A stretch of 64,000 bases of DNA from an uncultured Bdellovibrionales bacterium (GTDB taxonomy: Bacteria; Patescibacteriota; Minisyncoccia; Moranbacterales; UBA1568). The stretch covers positions 105,855 to 169,854 of the forward strand of contig CAZQLN010000002.1 in the NCBI GenBank assembly GCA_964594215.1, written 5' to 3'. The translations under genes and the position numbers were made by a program. Shown here piece by piece: positions 18,770 through 30,053 of the stretch (the first letter of the stretch is position 1; every line of letters starts with the position of its first letter). The notes below the pieces were generated by a model that saw only the letters and a list, made by a program, of their open reading frames with translations, ran no database searches and had not been told where the DNA came from.

Positions 18770-18791
18770 AAAAAAGGCGCTTAATACGCCC
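18770..18791 (-). terminator. Intrinsic terminator after the solute-binding protein gene
   Basis: ggcg-tattaag-cgcc hairpin followed by TTTTTTC on the minus strand. Confidence 0.45.
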
Positions 18792-18863
18792 AAATAGGTA
18801 CTTACTATTCTAACCTAAAATCAGTTTCTCGTCAAATGACTAGAGTCACCAAATATCCCTTCT

Positions 18864-20246
18864 CTACTGAGAAAGTACTCTTAGTCTATTCGTAGCGATA
18901 TTGAGAGCATCTTGTACTGTCCGTTCACCGCGAACAACGCTCTCTATCATCTCAGCGAGGATAGTTTCAGCTTTATCAACATCAGCATGTTGCCACTGTT
19001 TTGCGAGCAGGTTACCACTCGCAAAAGGTCCCAAAACTACATCCTGCTGTTGATTAGAAATCAAGTCTCTTCTGGCAGCTGGTTTTCGAGTTTTTTCGAG
19101 GTATTTGGCAGCCGGATCAAATGTCTGTGGAAAATCCTTAGTAGTACCTGTGATACCGTTCTCTAGCGTAAAAGTTTTGTTTACCTGTGGATAGGTCATG
19201 TAGCGAAGTAATTGCCAAGACTCATGACGACGCAAAGCGGTGTACTTGTCTTGTGTCATCGTGTCTTTCTTCGGATCTTGAGATACATACTCCTTGTTTC
19301 TCGTCACAGCATAACCCCAATAGTTAGCCATATTACTCTGCTTACCTCCAATGAACTGAGGCAATGGAGCAATACCAAAATTTAGCTTGGCATTTTTTTG
19401 TTTGATAGTTGGATACTGCCATGAGTAGTTAATCATCATAGCAAGGTTTCCTTCATAGAAAGCATCTATGGAGTAGTGCTGACTTGTATTCCAGGTGTAG
19501 CGCGGGGAACCAATATTTGAAAACTGAGTATAAAACTCGAGAGCTTTACGGCTCTTTTCGTCTGTAATACTAACCCGACTTGGATCACCAGGCTCTACCC
19601 CGAGCTGAAACATCATGGCCGAAAGAATATCAGTTGAACGATTGATGTTGTTCGCTGTACCCAAGGCGACTCCTGACTGCTCAAACACTCCTACTCCATT
19701 AAGCTTAGTCAAAAGCGCACTGTCAGCAGACAGCTCTTCCCAGGTTGTTGGCGGTTGAGCGATACCAGCAGCATTAAAGAGATCTTTATTGTAGTAAAGA
19801 GCAAGAGAATCTGCTGATAACGGAGCTCCATAAATTTTATTATCATCTCCCATAAAATCCTCGGCAACCACATCAACAAAGGCTTCTCGATAGGTTTTCT
19901 CAGTGTACTTAGCTGGTGCTGGCTCTATCTTATCTTGGAAGGTGTCTACCCAAGCATTACGAAGCATGAAAATATCTGGCCCCTTATTAGCTGCTAGAGC
20001 CTGTAAAAGCTCTTCTTCATAATTCTCAGGCTGGAGTTTACGATAAGTGATCTTGCCTACATATGGATTCATTTCTTGATAGGCAGAAAAAATTTCTTGA
20101 TAGGCATCTGAGTCATCAAACACACCCCAAACTTCGAGATCAATCTTATAGACCTCAGGAGCTGAACCCTTAAAGCCGCACCCTCCTAACAAAACAAGGA
20201 TACTTAAACCAAAAATGATTCTGAGTGTGTGTTTCAAGATATCCAT
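18864..20246 (-). CDS. Extracellular solute-binding lipoprotein (ABC-type, family 1-like)
   Basis: 460 aa; lipoprotein signal LLGGCGF; overall resemblance to sugar/oligosaccharide-binding proteins; no adjacent permease genes. Confidence 0.55.
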   Translation of the reverse strand: MDILKHTLRIIFGLSILVLLGGCGFKGSAPEVYKIDLEVWGVFDDSDAYQEIFSAYQEMNPYVGKITYRKLQPENYEEELLQALAANKGPDIFMLRNAWVDTFQDKIEPAPAKYTEKTYREAFVDVVAEDFMGDDNKIYGAPLSADSLALYYNKDLFNAAGIAQPPTTWEELSADSALLTKLNGVGVFEQSGVALGTANNINRSTDILSAMMFQLGVEPGDPSRVSITDEKSRKALEFYTQFSNIGSPRYTWNTSQHYSIDAFYEGNLAMMINYSWQYPTIKQKNAKLNFGIAPLPQFIGGKQSNMANYWGYAVTRNKEYVSQDPKKDTMTQDKYTALRRHESWQLLRYMTYPQVNKTFTLENGITGTTKDFPQTFDPAAKYLEKTRKPAARRDLISNQQQDVVLGPFASGNLLAKQWQHADVDKAETILAEMIESVVRGERTVQDALNIATNRLRVLSQ

Positions 20247-20248
20247 AG

Positions 20249-20794
20249 TTATTTTTTAGCTAGGAAAGCGTAGTGAAATGCTCCAACGGGCAACTCTTCT
20301 ACTATCGTAAAACCGGTCTCTTCCAAGAGCTTCTTTAGTTCTTTGGGAGCAATCCGAAGTTCTGCTCCAGGACCAACAGTAGCTGCCTCTGGTTTCCATT
20401 CCATTATAAAAGCGTGCCCCAAAGGTCGTAGTATATGAAGGGCTTCTTCAAGGATTACCTTCTTGTTATTATTTTGAAAAAGCATATCTTTGATCACCAC
20501 CCAATCGGTACTCTCAGCTAATAGCTGCGAGCCTCGCTCTTTCTCAAGGTTAGCTCTCCTCGTTTCAAGGTTCTGTAACCCAAGTGTCTTAGCGCGACTC
20601 GCCACTGCCTCTAGAGCACTCGGTAAAATATCAAGGGCTATCACCTGACCCTCAGCACCTACTCTCTTAGCAAATTCTAGAGAGAAAAAGCCTGAGCCAC
20701 AACCAAAATCAACTGCTTTTTGGCCAAACTGAATCGGAAGACCGGCCAGCGCCTGTGCCGGATCAACAAACGTCATCGAAGAAGTTTTATTCAT
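20249..20794 (-). CDS. Class I SAM-dependent methyltransferase
   Basis: 181 aa; motif I VDFGCGSGFFSLEFA. Confidence 0.7.
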   Translation of the reverse strand: MNKTSSMTFVDPAQALAGLPIQFGQKAVDFGCGSGFFSLEFAKRVGAEGQVIALDILPSALEAVASRAKTLGLQNLETRRANLEKERGSQLLAESTDWVVIKDMLFQNNNKKVILEEALHILRPLGHAFIMEWKPEAATVGPGAELRIAPKELKKLLEETGFTIVEELPVGAFHYAFLAKK

Positions 20795-20920
20795 AGACTC
20801 TTTCTGTATTCGTACTCACAGTATACAACGATTATGCCTTAAACAGAAGACGTAATCTTGTTTCAAAAAGTAAAAACCGCCATACTATGGATAGTTAATC
20901 TTTCCTTCAATTTCCGTCTT

Positions 20921-21220
20921 ATGAAAAAATCTCTTATCACCAACCTAACAGGCACCCCTTTTCAGAAGTTAGTCTGGACGGAACTGACTAAAATTCCCAA
21001 AGGAAAGGTCATCACCTACCAAGAATTAGCCAAGCGCATCGGCAAGCCAGGGGCGTATCGAGCCGTCGCCAATGCTGTAGGGAAAAATCCTCTTGCTCCA
21101 ACTATTCCGTGTCATCGTGTCATTCGTGCAGATGGCAGTCTTGGCGGCTATTCGGCCAAAGGTGGTATCAAGGCTAAAAGAAAACTCCTTCTCGCTGAAG
21201 GAGTAACTCTTAAAAACTAA
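20921..21220 (+). CDS. ogt: Methylated-DNA-protein-cysteine methyltransferase (MGMT/Ogt) DNA-binding-domain protein
   Basis: PCHRV active-site motif and the upstream helix-turn-helix (YQELAKRIGKPGAYRAVANAVGKNP). Start moved from 20858 to the internal ATG at 20921. Confidence 0.75.
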   Translation: MKKSLITNLTGTPFQKLVWTELTKIPKGKVITYQELAKRIGKPGAYRAVANAVGKNPLAPTIPCHRVIRADGSLGGYSAKGGIKAKRKLLLAEGVTLKN

Positions 21221-22071
21221 CGATTCCAAAAGAAACGCACTGAAGGAGCTTGATAATTGATAAGTCTGGGATGAAAGTGCATCTTAAACTGACTGTACCC
21301 TTTCCATGAGGGTGGATCTCCAGGCATCCATACAATACCAAGATCTATGAACCGTATTTTTTTCTTCAAAGTCTCCTGAAACCAAAATTCTATTAAACCG
21401 AGAGAGGCTTGAGTTTTTTTGGCGGCCGGCATAATAAAAGCTACCGGATGAAATGTCCGATTCGTCTCAAAATCATCAACAGCCATGAGCCCTGCTACTA
21501 TTTCACTAGTCACCTTCTTCTGAACCACCAAAAATGAAACATCCTCACCATAAACATCGCTATAACGATGAATGGAATTGATAAAAAGAACCTTTAACCG
21601 AGCCTTAAGAGTGCTCTGTTGGTAAGCTGCTATAAATGTTTCCCTATCAACCTTCCTGATGACAAACTCCTTCTGTAAAAGCCATTTCTTACGATAGCGC
21701 CTGGCATGCTGCGACCAATCTTGCCAATATTCTTCTCGACAAGTAGCTGTATCAATAAGGGCTGTGGTACTCTTGCGGAAAAATCTAGGGAGCTGTATCC
21801 AGCCTCGTCCTCTCTTGCTGGCATGGATACGCTGCCAAACTTGAATACCAAATCCCCGTTCGCTACTTTTCTTAGGCTCCTCTTCACAGGTAAAATATTC
21901 TCCCCACATGAAGCCAAGGTCACATCGGACCCCAAGACAGGGTAATTCACCAATAATACGATTGTTTAGACCACTAAACGAACTCTTGAGAAATTTCTCA
22001 GAACTCGCCGGATTAATAAATCCTCGAGGCAACTCTTTGAGAAAAATGGCTTTTTGATAACGAATCTCCAT
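21217..22071 (-). CDS. Hypothetical protein (possibly GNAT/FemAB-like acyltransferase fold; weak)
   Basis: 284-aa ORF without a confident motif. Confidence 0.35.
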   Translation of the reverse strand: MEIRYQKAIFLKELPRGFINPASSEKFLKSSFSGLNNRIIGELPCLGVRCDLGFMWGEYFTCEEEPKKSSERGFGIQVWQRIHASKRGRGWIQLPRFFRKSTTALIDTATCREEYWQDWSQHARRYRKKWLLQKEFVIRKVDRETFIAAYQQSTLKARLKVLFINSIHRYSDVYGEDVSFLVVQKKVTSEIVAGLMAVDDFETNRTFHPVAFIMPAAKKTQASLGLIEFWFQETLKKKIRFIDLGIVWMPGDPPSWKGYSQFKMHFHPRLINYQAPSVRFFWNR

Positions 22072-22227
22072 GGGATATCTCCATTTATTATATTTGTCTT
22101 AATTCTAGTATAGCGCCTTTACCTGGTATACATGAAACTCTTCTCAAGAAGGCGACGGAGAGAATTGAGGCTTTACAGAAGGCAATTTCCGTGATACAGT
22201 TCCATACACAAGTAGCTACAGTGTCAT

Positions 22228-22752
22228 ATGTCTCTTGGCCATTTTTTTTCTTCATTTTCATATCTTCAGATAGGCTTTTTTGCCCTTTTTTGCCTCCTAC
22301 AAGTGTTTTTTCTTGTTGGCATCATCTATCTTATCTGGAAACAGCGTAAACAAGAGAAAAAGCTTCATGTTTTCTTTGGAAACAAAGAAGCTCGTGATCT
22401 AGAGAGTATTCTTACTGAACAGCTAGAGGAAATACGGGTGCTTGATCAAGAAATACAAGAACTCTTCGAGGTTCTTAACAAATTACGAGATCTCAGCCTG
22501 AAAACCATTCACAAAGTTGCCGTTGAACGCTTCAATCCCTTCAAAGAGGTTGGTGGCAATCAAAGTTTCTGCGTAGCACTCTTAAACGGTCAGAATACTG
22601 GCGTGATTCTTTCTTCGCTCCACACCAGAGAGGGAACGCGTGTCTATGCCAAACCTGTTGTCGATGGACACGCTAAAGAATTTCCTTTTACCGATGAAGA
22701 AAAAGAAACTGTCATCAAAGCTATACACGCCCAAAAAATAATCACTGTCTAA
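22228..22752 (+). CDS. Hypothetical membrane-anchored protein
   Basis: 174 aa; N-terminal TM, then coiled coil and a conserved-looking C-terminal domain (VERFNPF...GGNQSF). Confidence 0.45.
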   Translation: MSLGHFFSSFSYLQIGFFALFCLLQVFFLVGIIYLIWKQRKQEKKLHVFFGNKEARDLESILTEQLEEIRVLDQEIQELFEVLNKLRDLSLKTIHKVAVERFNPFKEVGGNQSFCVALLNGQNTGVILSSLHTREGTRVYAKPVVDGHAKEFPFTDEEKETVIKAIHAQKIITV

Positions 22753-22771
22753 ATAACAATTTACCCGTCTC

Positions 22772-24529
22772 ATGGAAACTCCATCTCAAAACGTTACTCT
22801 TCCTTCTTCTGTCACGGTCAAGAAACTCAGTGAGTACTTAAACGTGCCCGTTACTGCTCTTATCACGGAGTTAATGAAAAATGGTATTCTTGCCACTATC
22901 AATGAAGAAATCGATTTTGAGACAGCAAGCGTCATTGCTTCCGACCTTGGTTTCGAAACCACTTTAGCAGAAGAAGAAAGTGCTGAGGGCGTTATTACGC
23001 TTGAATCTCTCAATAAGATTCTCTCTGAAGAAAAAACTTCTGGGAAAAATCTAAGCCCCCGAGCACCCGTTGTGACTATTCTGGGTCATGTTGACCATGG
23101 TAAAACTACCCTTCTTGATACCATCCGCAAAGCGAGTGTTGCTAGTGGTGAGGCTGGCGGTATCACGCAACATATCAGTGCCTATCAGGTAAAAAAACAG
23201 AAGCAACTGATCACCTTTGTCGATACTCCTGGTCACGAAGCCTTTGCTGCTATGCGTAAACGTGGTCTTTCTATTGCTGATATTGCCATCCTCGTAGTAG
23301 CCGCTGATGACGGTGTACGCCCCCAGACCAAGGAGGTTATTACCTATCTTAAAGAACGTAAACTCCCGGTTATTGTTGCTATCAATAAAATCGATAAACC
23401 GGAGGCTAAGCCCGAGAGAGTCAAGCAAGAACTGGCTGAACACGGCATCTTATTTGAAGATTGGGGTGGAGACACTATGTCTATCGAAATTAGTGCCAAA
23501 AATAATATCAACATCGATAAACTCCTCGAAAGTATCTTGCTCGTTGCCGAGGTAGAAGATTTTCGAGCTGATCACAAACGCGATGGTCTCGCTGTGGTTC
23601 TTGAATCACATTTGGATCCGCAAAAGGGTGCTGTAGCTACGGTATTGGTTCGTACTGGATCGCTTAAGGTAGGTCAAGATATTGTTGCCGGCAAAACCTT
23701 TGGTCGTATTCGTCGCATTGAAGATTTTGCTGGTCGCAACCTTGAAGTGGCTATCCCTTCAGTTCCAGCTACTATCTATGGCTTTAATGATACTCCTCAG
23801 GTCAATGATATTGCTCATGTCGTAAGTAACAAGGGTCAGGCAAGATCCTACTCTAAAGAAGCTCTGAGTAAAGATGGACCTCGCATGATTGCTACTGGTG
23901 AAGAAGAGGAAGAGACGAAGAAGTTATATCTCGTAATTAAAGCAGACGTGCAGGGATCGCTAGAGGCTATTCTACAAATTCTTGATTCTATTCATTCTGA
24001 TGAAGTAAGCCTCCAGATAATCGCTAGCGCTGTTGGAAGTATCACTGAATCCGATATTAAAATTGCTGAGACAGCTGGTGCTCTCGTGGTCGGTTTCAAT
24101 AGTGAACCTACCTCTGTAGCGAAACGTTTAGCTGAAAAAAGTAATATCGAAATTGTCACCTACAATATTATCTACAAACTGGTTGAGTCTCTCAAGGAAA
24201 GAATGGCTGATCTTTTACCACCAGAAATTATTCGTACTGATAGCGGTAGCCTCTCTGTACTAGCTGTCTTCAAGACTGGTAAACGCGATATGATCCTCGG
24301 TGGCCGTGTGAGTGAGGGTAAGTTACTGCGTGGATCACTTATTGAGGTTGTCCGTGATGGAGAAATCCTCGGCACTGGTAAAATGACTAATCTACAGCAA
24401 AATAAGCAAAATGCTGATGAAGTTGGCCAAGGCAATGAATGTGGGGTTGTTTTTGAAGGCAACATCAAAATAGCTGTGGGTGACACCCTGGTGTGTTATA
24501 AAGAAGAAGAAAGAAAGCGCACTCTTTAG
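22772..24529 (+). CDS. infB: Translation initiation factor IF-2 (short form)
   Basis: 585 aa, [13 protein letters not shown]1 motif, [12 protein letters not shown]; C-terminal IF-2 domains. Confidence 0.9.
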   Translation: METPSQNVTLPSSVTVKKLSEYLNVPVTALITELMKNGILATINEEIDFETASVIASDLGFETTLAEEESAEGVITLESLNKILSEEKTSGKNLSPRAPVVTILGHVDHGKTTLLDTIRKASVASGEAGGITQHISAYQVKKQKQLITFVDTPGHEAFAAMRKRGLSIADIAILVVAADDGVRPQTKEVITYLKERKLPVIVAINKIDKPEAKPERVKQELAEHGILFEDWGGDTMSIEISAKNNINIDKLLESILLVAEVEDFRADHKRDGLAVVLESHLDPQKGAVATVLVRTGSLKVGQDIVAGKTFGRIRRIEDFAGRNLEVAIPSVPATIYGFNDTPQVNDIAHVVSNKGQARSYSKEALSKDGPRMIATGEEEEETKKLYLVIKADVQGSLEAILQILDSIHSDEVSLQIIASAVGSITESDIKIAETAGALVVGFNSEPTSVAKRLAEKSNIEIVTYNIIYKLVESLKERMADLLPPEIIRTDSGSLSVLAVFKTGKRDMILGGRVSEGKLLRGSLIEVVRDGEILGTGKMTNLQQNKQNADEVGQGNECGVVFEGNIKIAVGDTLVCYKEEERKRTL

Positions 24530-24543
24530 TAGCTTCGTGTCTC

Positions 24544-26052
24544 ATGGATATACGCATTCCGCTCCCTATTTTGGAGCTACTTACCACTCTTGAAAAAAGT
24601 AACTTCCAAGCCTTTATTGTCGGAGGCTGTGTTCGCGACGTTCTACTTGGTCGTGATCCACGTGACTGGGATATTACTACCAACGCCCGGCCAGAGGAAA
24701 TTATCGCTCTTTTTCCTGATAGTTTTTATGAAAATCTTTTTGGAACAGTGAGTGTCAAAGTAGACCCCTTTCTCACAACTGGAGATCCTGAACGTGAGCA
24801 CGACATTATCGAAATCACTACCTACCGTAGCGAAAGCGGCTACGCCGACGGACGCCACCCAAATGAGATCACTTTCGAAGATACCCTTGAAGCTGACCTC
24901 TCGCGACGAGATTTCACAATCAATGCCCTCGCCTATGGCCGCATAGAAGGTACCTGGCAGCTAGTAGACCCTTTTAACGGAAAAGAGGACTTACAGCATA
25001 AGGTCCTGAAAACTGTTGGTCAGCCCGACGAGCGTTTTGGAGAGGACGCTCTTCGTCTTATGCGCTGTATTCGTCTCCTAACTGAATTACGCACTCCTCC
25101 AAAGCCAAGCGCTGATGACTTTACACTAAGTGATTGGTCACTTCATCCTGAAACAGCACTGTCATTGAAAGAACTTAGCCCAAGTATTGCTAAGATTTCT
25201 ACCGAAAGAGTGCGCGATGAGTTTTCCAAAATTATTCTTTCAGAAAATGCTGCGTATGGCATTCAGTTGCTAGAAGATTTCGGTCTTCTTACCCATATTA
25301 TGCCCGAACTTCGTGAAGGTATCGGTGTTACCCAAAATCTACATCATATCTACACCGTGTGGGAGCACAATCAGAGAGCTCTCCACACCTGCCCTTCTCG
25401 AAAGCTGTCAGTACGTCTTGCCTGTCTTCTTCATGACGTCGGCAAGCCTCGTACCAAACGTGGTAATGGTTATCGTTCGACCTTTTATAACCACGATCAC
25501 GTAGGAGCAAAAATGACTAAACAAATCCTCGAACGACTGAAATACCCTGGCTCAATTGTCAAAAAAGCCACCCTCTTAGTAGACCAACACCTTTTCTATT
25601 ACAATGTTGATGAAGTGACTGAGGCTTCGGTGCGTCGCCTAATCAAACGCGTGGGTCTTGAGAACATGCCAGACTTGATGGATGTCCGTATCGGAGATCG
25701 CCTTGGTTCTGGTGTACCAAAAGCTAAACCGTATAAGCTACGCCATCTCGAATATATGATAGAAAAGGTTTCCCATGATCCTCTTTCAGTCAAAATGCTC
25801 GCCCTCAAAGGTACTGATTTGATAGCTGAGCTCGATCTACAGCCTGGCCCAACTATTGGAGCTCTCCTCGATGTGCTCTTAGCTGAAGTACTTGAAGATC
25901 CGAAGAAAAATAGTCGCGAACTTCTCTTGGCCCGTGCACAAGAACTCAAACATGAATCTCTGGAAGAATTACGTCTCCTCGCTAAAGAACGTATAGTCGA
26001 TGAGAAAATGAAGGCCGACCAAGACATTAAGAAGAAATACTGGGTGGACTAA
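24544..26052 (+). CDS. cca: CCA-adding tRNA nucleotidyltransferase with HD domain
   Basis: 502 aa, GGCVRD...RDWD polymerase-beta head motif, HD motif LLHDVGK. Confidence 0.85.
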   Translation: MDIRIPLPILELLTTLEKSNFQAFIVGGCVRDVLLGRDPRDWDITTNARPEEIIALFPDSFYENLFGTVSVKVDPFLTTGDPEREHDIIEITTYRSESGYADGRHPNEITFEDTLEADLSRRDFTINALAYGRIEGTWQLVDPFNGKEDLQHKVLKTVGQPDERFGEDALRLMRCIRLLTELRTPPKPSADDFTLSDWSLHPETALSLKELSPSIAKISTERVRDEFSKIILSENAAYGIQLLEDFGLLTHIMPELREGIGVTQNLHHIYTVWEHNQRALHTCPSRKLSVRLACLLHDVGKPRTKRGNGYRSTFYNHDHVGAKMTKQILERLKYPGSIVKKATLLVDQHLFYYNVDEVTEASVRRLIKRVGLENMPDLMDVRIGDRLGSGVPKAKPYKLRHLEYMIEKVSHDPLSVKMLALKGTDLIAELDLQPGPTIGALLDVLLAEVLEDPKKNSRELLLARAQELKHESLEELRLLAKERIVDEKMKADQDIKKKYWVD

Positions 26053-26061
26053 ACATACACT

Positions 26062-26373
26062 ATGAAACTCAAAATCAATCCTCTTACAGATAATCCTCTT
26101 ACCCTAATGCGTCGGGCCGGTTATGCATTTCAACGAACTGAGGGTGGTGAGCAAAGTTTTACCAAAGAACTGGCCAGGGGTGGCTACCCTCGCTTTCATG
26201 TATATGTGAAAGTAGAAAAAACTACTGCCATTCTGAGTATCCATCTTGACCATAAGGGTCACACTTACGGAGAGACTACCCGACATCATGGAGAATATGA
26301 GTACACAGGAGCTCTCAAAGATGAAATAGATCGTCTGTTGACGCTCTGGGGAGATCATGCGAGCATGGTATAG
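26062..26373 (+). CDS. Hypothetical protein
   Basis: 103-aa ORF 9 nt after cca; no family recognised. Confidence 0.4.
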   Translation: MKLKINPLTDNPLTLMRRAGYAFQRTEGGEQSFTKELARGGYPRFHVYVKVEKTTAILSIHLDHKGHTYGETTRHHGEYEYTGALKDEIDRLLTLWGDHASMV

Positions 26374-26473
26374 CAACACAACTCCCAACAGCAACAAAAA
26401 TCAGCCGGGATGGTGGCCCACCTTCGTTAGTAAAAACTAACTACGGACGGATAAAAACAGTAGACAGCTCTAT

Positions 26474-26556
26474 GGGCAAGTGGCGGAATTGGTATACGCG
26501 CTAGTCTTAGGAACTAGTGTCCTTGTGAATTGAGGGTTCGAGTCCCTCCTTGCCCA
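26474..26556 (+). tRNA. tRNA-Leu, anticodon UAG (class II, long variable arm)
   Basis: Acceptor GGGCAAG/CTTGCCC, anticodon stem-loop CTAGT-CTTAGGA-ACTAG, long variable arm, T-arm GGGTTCGAGTCCC. Confidence 0.85.
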
Positions 26557-26560
26557 CATA

Positions 26561-26590
26561 AAAAACTCCCCTTAAGGGGAGTTTTATTTT
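26561..26590. terminator. Bidirectional intrinsic terminator
   Basis: ctcccc-ttaa-ggggag hairpin flanked by AAAAA and TTTTATTTTTT. Confidence 0.6.
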
Positions 26591-26601
26591 TTCTTGAAAA
26601 A

Positions 26602-29367
26602 CTATTCTTTCCTCAACGGTCGCTCCTGAGGTAAGGCTCCCATCAAGAAAGCTGTTGCAAAGAGAATCAATGCTCCTGAGAGCAGCACTCTAAAAGCGAA
26701 GATGAGTGAAGTCGGAACATAATTCACAATAGCGGCAAAGTATTTAGCGGGCCCATTGCCTTTAGCGATCGCTGCATCATCTACAATCTCTACCTGAATA
26801 TTCTTTGAAAAAGTTATCTCAGGAGAATCAAGTGGTGAGATATTCCAAATATCGTAGAGAGCCCTCCTGAGCTGGTCGCTCTGAATTACTCTTGCCACAA
26901 TCTGTAGATTCATCACATTACCGGCAATACCAGTAATATCAAAAGTGGTTTGGTTTGGGTTGGTTTCGCTGATCAGATTATTATCAATGTACCATTCTCG
27001 CTCAGCTAAGCTGGCCAGGAAACCTGGCACAAACTGAGCTTCGACACTCACGGTACTCGTTGGGTAAGCCTGCATCACGTTTTTACTATAATCATCACAA
27101 AGTCCATTAACACAACTGGTAGCCTTACTCGTAATATCTCGATATTGACCAAGAAACTTCGGCCAGATCAGATTTTGATCTAGAGAAACAATATCAATAG
27201 TTGGCTCAACCACTCGGAAAGAGCGTGCCAGATTAACGGTTTTCCCGGAAACTGTGTCATTCGCGGTTAGGTTCACCGTATATGTATCTCCTGGATTACC
27301 AGTGACTGGGAAAAAATTGATCTCATTTTGTTCACTATCCAGACAATCTGGCGAGACACGCGCCTTTGAACAGACAAGAGGATCGCCATTGATACTCCAC
27401 TGGAAATTAGAAAGGCCCTGACCATCTACCATCAACCCGATAATTTCATTTTTGATTACCCTACATAGATTACGATCCAGAGTATCTCCGTTACAGATTA
27501 TCCCGCCCTGATTAGCTGTTACTAGCATACTTTCACCCACTAAGGTTGGAGTAACCTGAGTCGCTACTATTTTCCTACCCGTAGAAATAAACTTCACAAT
27601 TACATCACTACGACCCTTACGAGTAATACCGCTTGCAAAGTTTTCACTGACGCGAGCTGAAAAGCGTAGATAACCAATATCATTCAAGAGATAGCTCGAC
27701 AAAGGCCTCCCTCCAATAGAGGCGTTTCTTGGAATATTCAAACTTAATTTAACCGTATCAAGAGCGTTACCCTTAGTAGCTCCCAATAACTCGAGGGCTT
27801 GCAAGTCCTTAGTTACATTAGCTGTTGGTCCAATAGCACTACTAAACTGAACATTGTTACTCATCTCAACGTTCCAATCAAAGAGAGAGCTTGCGATACT
27901 CTGTTTGCCATTACTGACTGCTGCTGTGACCAAAACACTGTCACCAGATCCATCACCACTTTCATCATTAAGCGGTTCATTCGGTGAAGCCGAAACACTT
28001 ACTTCGAGATTGGTGGCCTGACCTCCCTGAGCTGGATCAATGAGGTTTCTTTCCAGACATTTGTTCAAATCAATATCCGCTGTCTCTATTTCTACAGAAT
28101 AATTCTTGATACGAGCCATGTATGAACCTGTCCCATCCGCTACCGAGAGGGGGCAATCCTGTTTAGGAAAAGCCCACATAATCATCACTGATGAATTATC
28201 ATGTTTGGTTGCTATCATAGAAGAACCTTCTACAGCCACTCCCACTTGATCTCCAGCAATATAGTTCCAAGTAAAAGATGTCTGGCCGAAACCAACCACA
28301 TTAGCCTCATCTTTATTACCATTATCAGCAGTGTCGGGATCATTCGGGTCAGTTCTCCAGAAACGCTCTTCATTCTGACCAAAAACACCATCACCCGATG
28401 TCTGACCCTGAGCATTTGGAAACAAGTGTTTACAATAAGGATTTACCCCAGCTGAGGTACTCGTACTACAAGTAGTCAAAGCTGTACCACATGAGAGAGT
28501 GTTATCCGTAGCAGGCTCTGTTGCGCAACGTGGTGTTCCTACTGCACAGCTGGCTGCACCCGCGCTGTCACAAGTCGGTAAGCCAGAAATAGCACATTCA
28601 TTGGTGTCTGATACTATAAAAGTGTCGCTATCTGGACTATTACCCCCAGTGCTTCCAGTAATCGTACTCGGCTCTACTCCCTCCTCTTCTATCATACAGA
28701 CTGGCGTTTGTCCTGATGGGCAGCCAAAACTAGTATTTCCAGCGTCTGCCATTTCATAGTTGATGCCACTCTGATTGTCGTGATAGTAACAGTAGTTAGG
28801 ACTATTCGTTTTATTATCGCCTCCATAGCGAGCCTTATAACCATCGTCATCACTATCGCTACCATAGTTAGTCTGACTACTATCATAGCCATTCTGCACA
28901 ATTGTCTGTGCAGCTTCCGTCTTCCAGTCTTCTACTGTAATTCGATTATCATTATCTCGATCACACAACTGTTGTTTAGAAGCACTTGGTGAGTTATCAA
29001 GATCACAACCCTGACGCTTAATATACCAACTATAGTAGAGTGATTCTTCTTTATTACTGAAATAAACTGGGAAAGCCTTCGCTGTTATTTTTTCACCCGG
29101 CCTTGGGTCTGTTGGGGAGAAGAAGAGTGATACCTCTGGTGCTGGTTGTTTATTAGCCGCTACATTGAAAATCTCTCCTTGATCTTGGACATTTTCGAGA
29201 TCAAGATGATAACGTTTTTCTAAATCAGTGGCTATCTTAGATGCTGATGGAATTTTAAGACCCCCAAACAAAGCAAAGGCTGGCGCTGTAGCTACAAAAA
29301 ATAACTGTCCTGTAATTAAAATCAGGGCAAGAGTTTTCTTTTTGGATGAAAATGAAATCATAAACAT
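26602..29367 (-). CDS. Very large Cys-rich secreted/surface protein with C-terminal TM anchor; last gene of the T4SS-like operon
   Basis: ORF 26602..29436; signal peptide begins at an internal Met (MFMISFSSKKKTLALILITGQLFFVATAPAFA); many Cys; C-terminal hydrophobic anchor. Confidence 0.6.
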   Translation of the reverse strand: MFMISFSSKKKTLALILITGQLFFVATAPAFALFGGLKIPSASKIATDLEKRYHLDLENVQDQGEIFNVAANKQPAPEVSLFFSPTDPRPGEKITAKAFPVYFSNKEESLYYSWYIKRQGCDLDNSPSASKQQLCDRDNDNRITVEDWKTEAAQTIVQNGYDSSQTNYGSDSDDDGYKARYGGDNKTNSPNYCYYHDNQSGINYEMADAGNTSFGCPSGQTPVCMIEEEGVEPSTITGSTGGNSPDSDTFIVSDTNECAISGLPTCDSAGAASCAVGTPRCATEPATDNTLSCGTALTTCSTSTSAGVNPYCKHLFPNAQGQTSGDGVFGQNEERFWRTDPNDPDTADNGNKDEANVVGFGQTSFTWNYIAGDQVGVAVEGSSMIATKHDNSSVMIMWAFPKQDCPLSVADGTGSYMARIKNYSVEIETADIDLNKCLERNLIDPAQGGQATNLEVSVSASPNEPLNDESGDGSGDSVLVTAAVSNGKQSIASSLFDWNVEMSNNVQFSSAIGPTANVTKDLQALELLGATKGNALDTVKLSLNIPRNASIGGRPLSSYLLNDIGYLRFSARVSENFASGITRKGRSDVIVKFISTGRKIVATQVTPTLVGESMLVTANQGGIICNGDTLDRNLCRVIKNEIIGLMVDGQGLSNFQWSINGDPLVCSKARVSPDCLDSEQNEINFFPVTGNPGDTYTVNLTANDTVSGKTVNLARSFRVVEPTIDIVSLDQNLIWPKFLGQYRDITSKATSCVNGLCDDYSKNVMQAYPTSTVSVEAQFVPGFLASLAEREWYIDNNLISETNPNQTTFDITGIAGNVMNLQIVARVIQSDQLRRALYDIWNISPLDSPEITFSKNIQVEIVDDAAIAKGNGPAKYFAAIVNYVPTSLIFAFRVLLSGALILFATAFLMGALPQERPLRKE

Positions 29368-30020
29368 TAACGAAGACTTAAGAAAAGAACGTCTGTCAAA
29401 AAAACAATCAAATAGCTCGTAAGGAAAGCATACCACAAAGAACCCGTTTTCTTAGCTACCACACCTGCCATAATTGTAGCTAAGATAAGTGGCGCATCAG
29501 CGCGTGTAATTCCCTCTGTTAACTGGAGTAAAGCTACAAAAAGTATCCCTTGAGCTAATACTGCCTTCCAAGTATTATCAAGCCAAAGTATTTGAATCAT
29601 TCCCCGAAAAAATACCTCATAAATAAAGAGAGTGAATGGTAATAGTGTCAGAGTGTAGAGTGCAAACCAGACAAAGCTTGTCTCAACAAGAACCGGGAAC
29701 AGTACCTCCGAAGTAATAGCGGGATACATATAAACAAGTCCCCAACAAGACAGAAAACCTCCCATAGCCAAAAATACTGACCAGAGGATAGAAATAATGT
29801 GATTAGTGCCCTGAAAACCAAGATTTCTCAAAGGTTCGCGAAGGACGAGGCGGGTATAGGCTATCGGAAGTACCAAAAAGAAAATCAGTGCAATGATGAA
29901 ACCTTGAACAACAGCGCTCAATCCTGTTGATTGCTCGAAAAAAGCAAAAAACAACAGACAAAACACTATCAGTGCTGTCGTTCCAATAAAGCGTTTTTCT
30001 CTGTTACTAAATACACGCAT
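29367..30020 (-). CDS. Polytopic membrane protein, possibly CPBP/CAAX-protease family
   Basis: 217 aa, about 6 TM helices; YEVFFRG resembles CPBP motif 1 (EExxxR). Confidence 0.4.
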   Translation of the reverse strand: MRVFSNREKRFIGTTALIVFCLLFFAFFEQSTGLSAVVQGFIIALIFFLVLPIAYTRLVLREPLRNLGFQGTNHIISILWSVFLAMGGFLSCWGLVYMYPAITSEVLFPVLVETSFVWFALYTLTLLPFTLFIYEVFFRGMIQILWLDNTWKAVLAQGILFVALLQLTEGITRADAPLILATIMAGVVAKKTGSLWYAFLTSYLIVFLTDVLFLSLR

Positions 30021-30053
30021 ACTTACTTATATCATTATACACCTTTAGATATT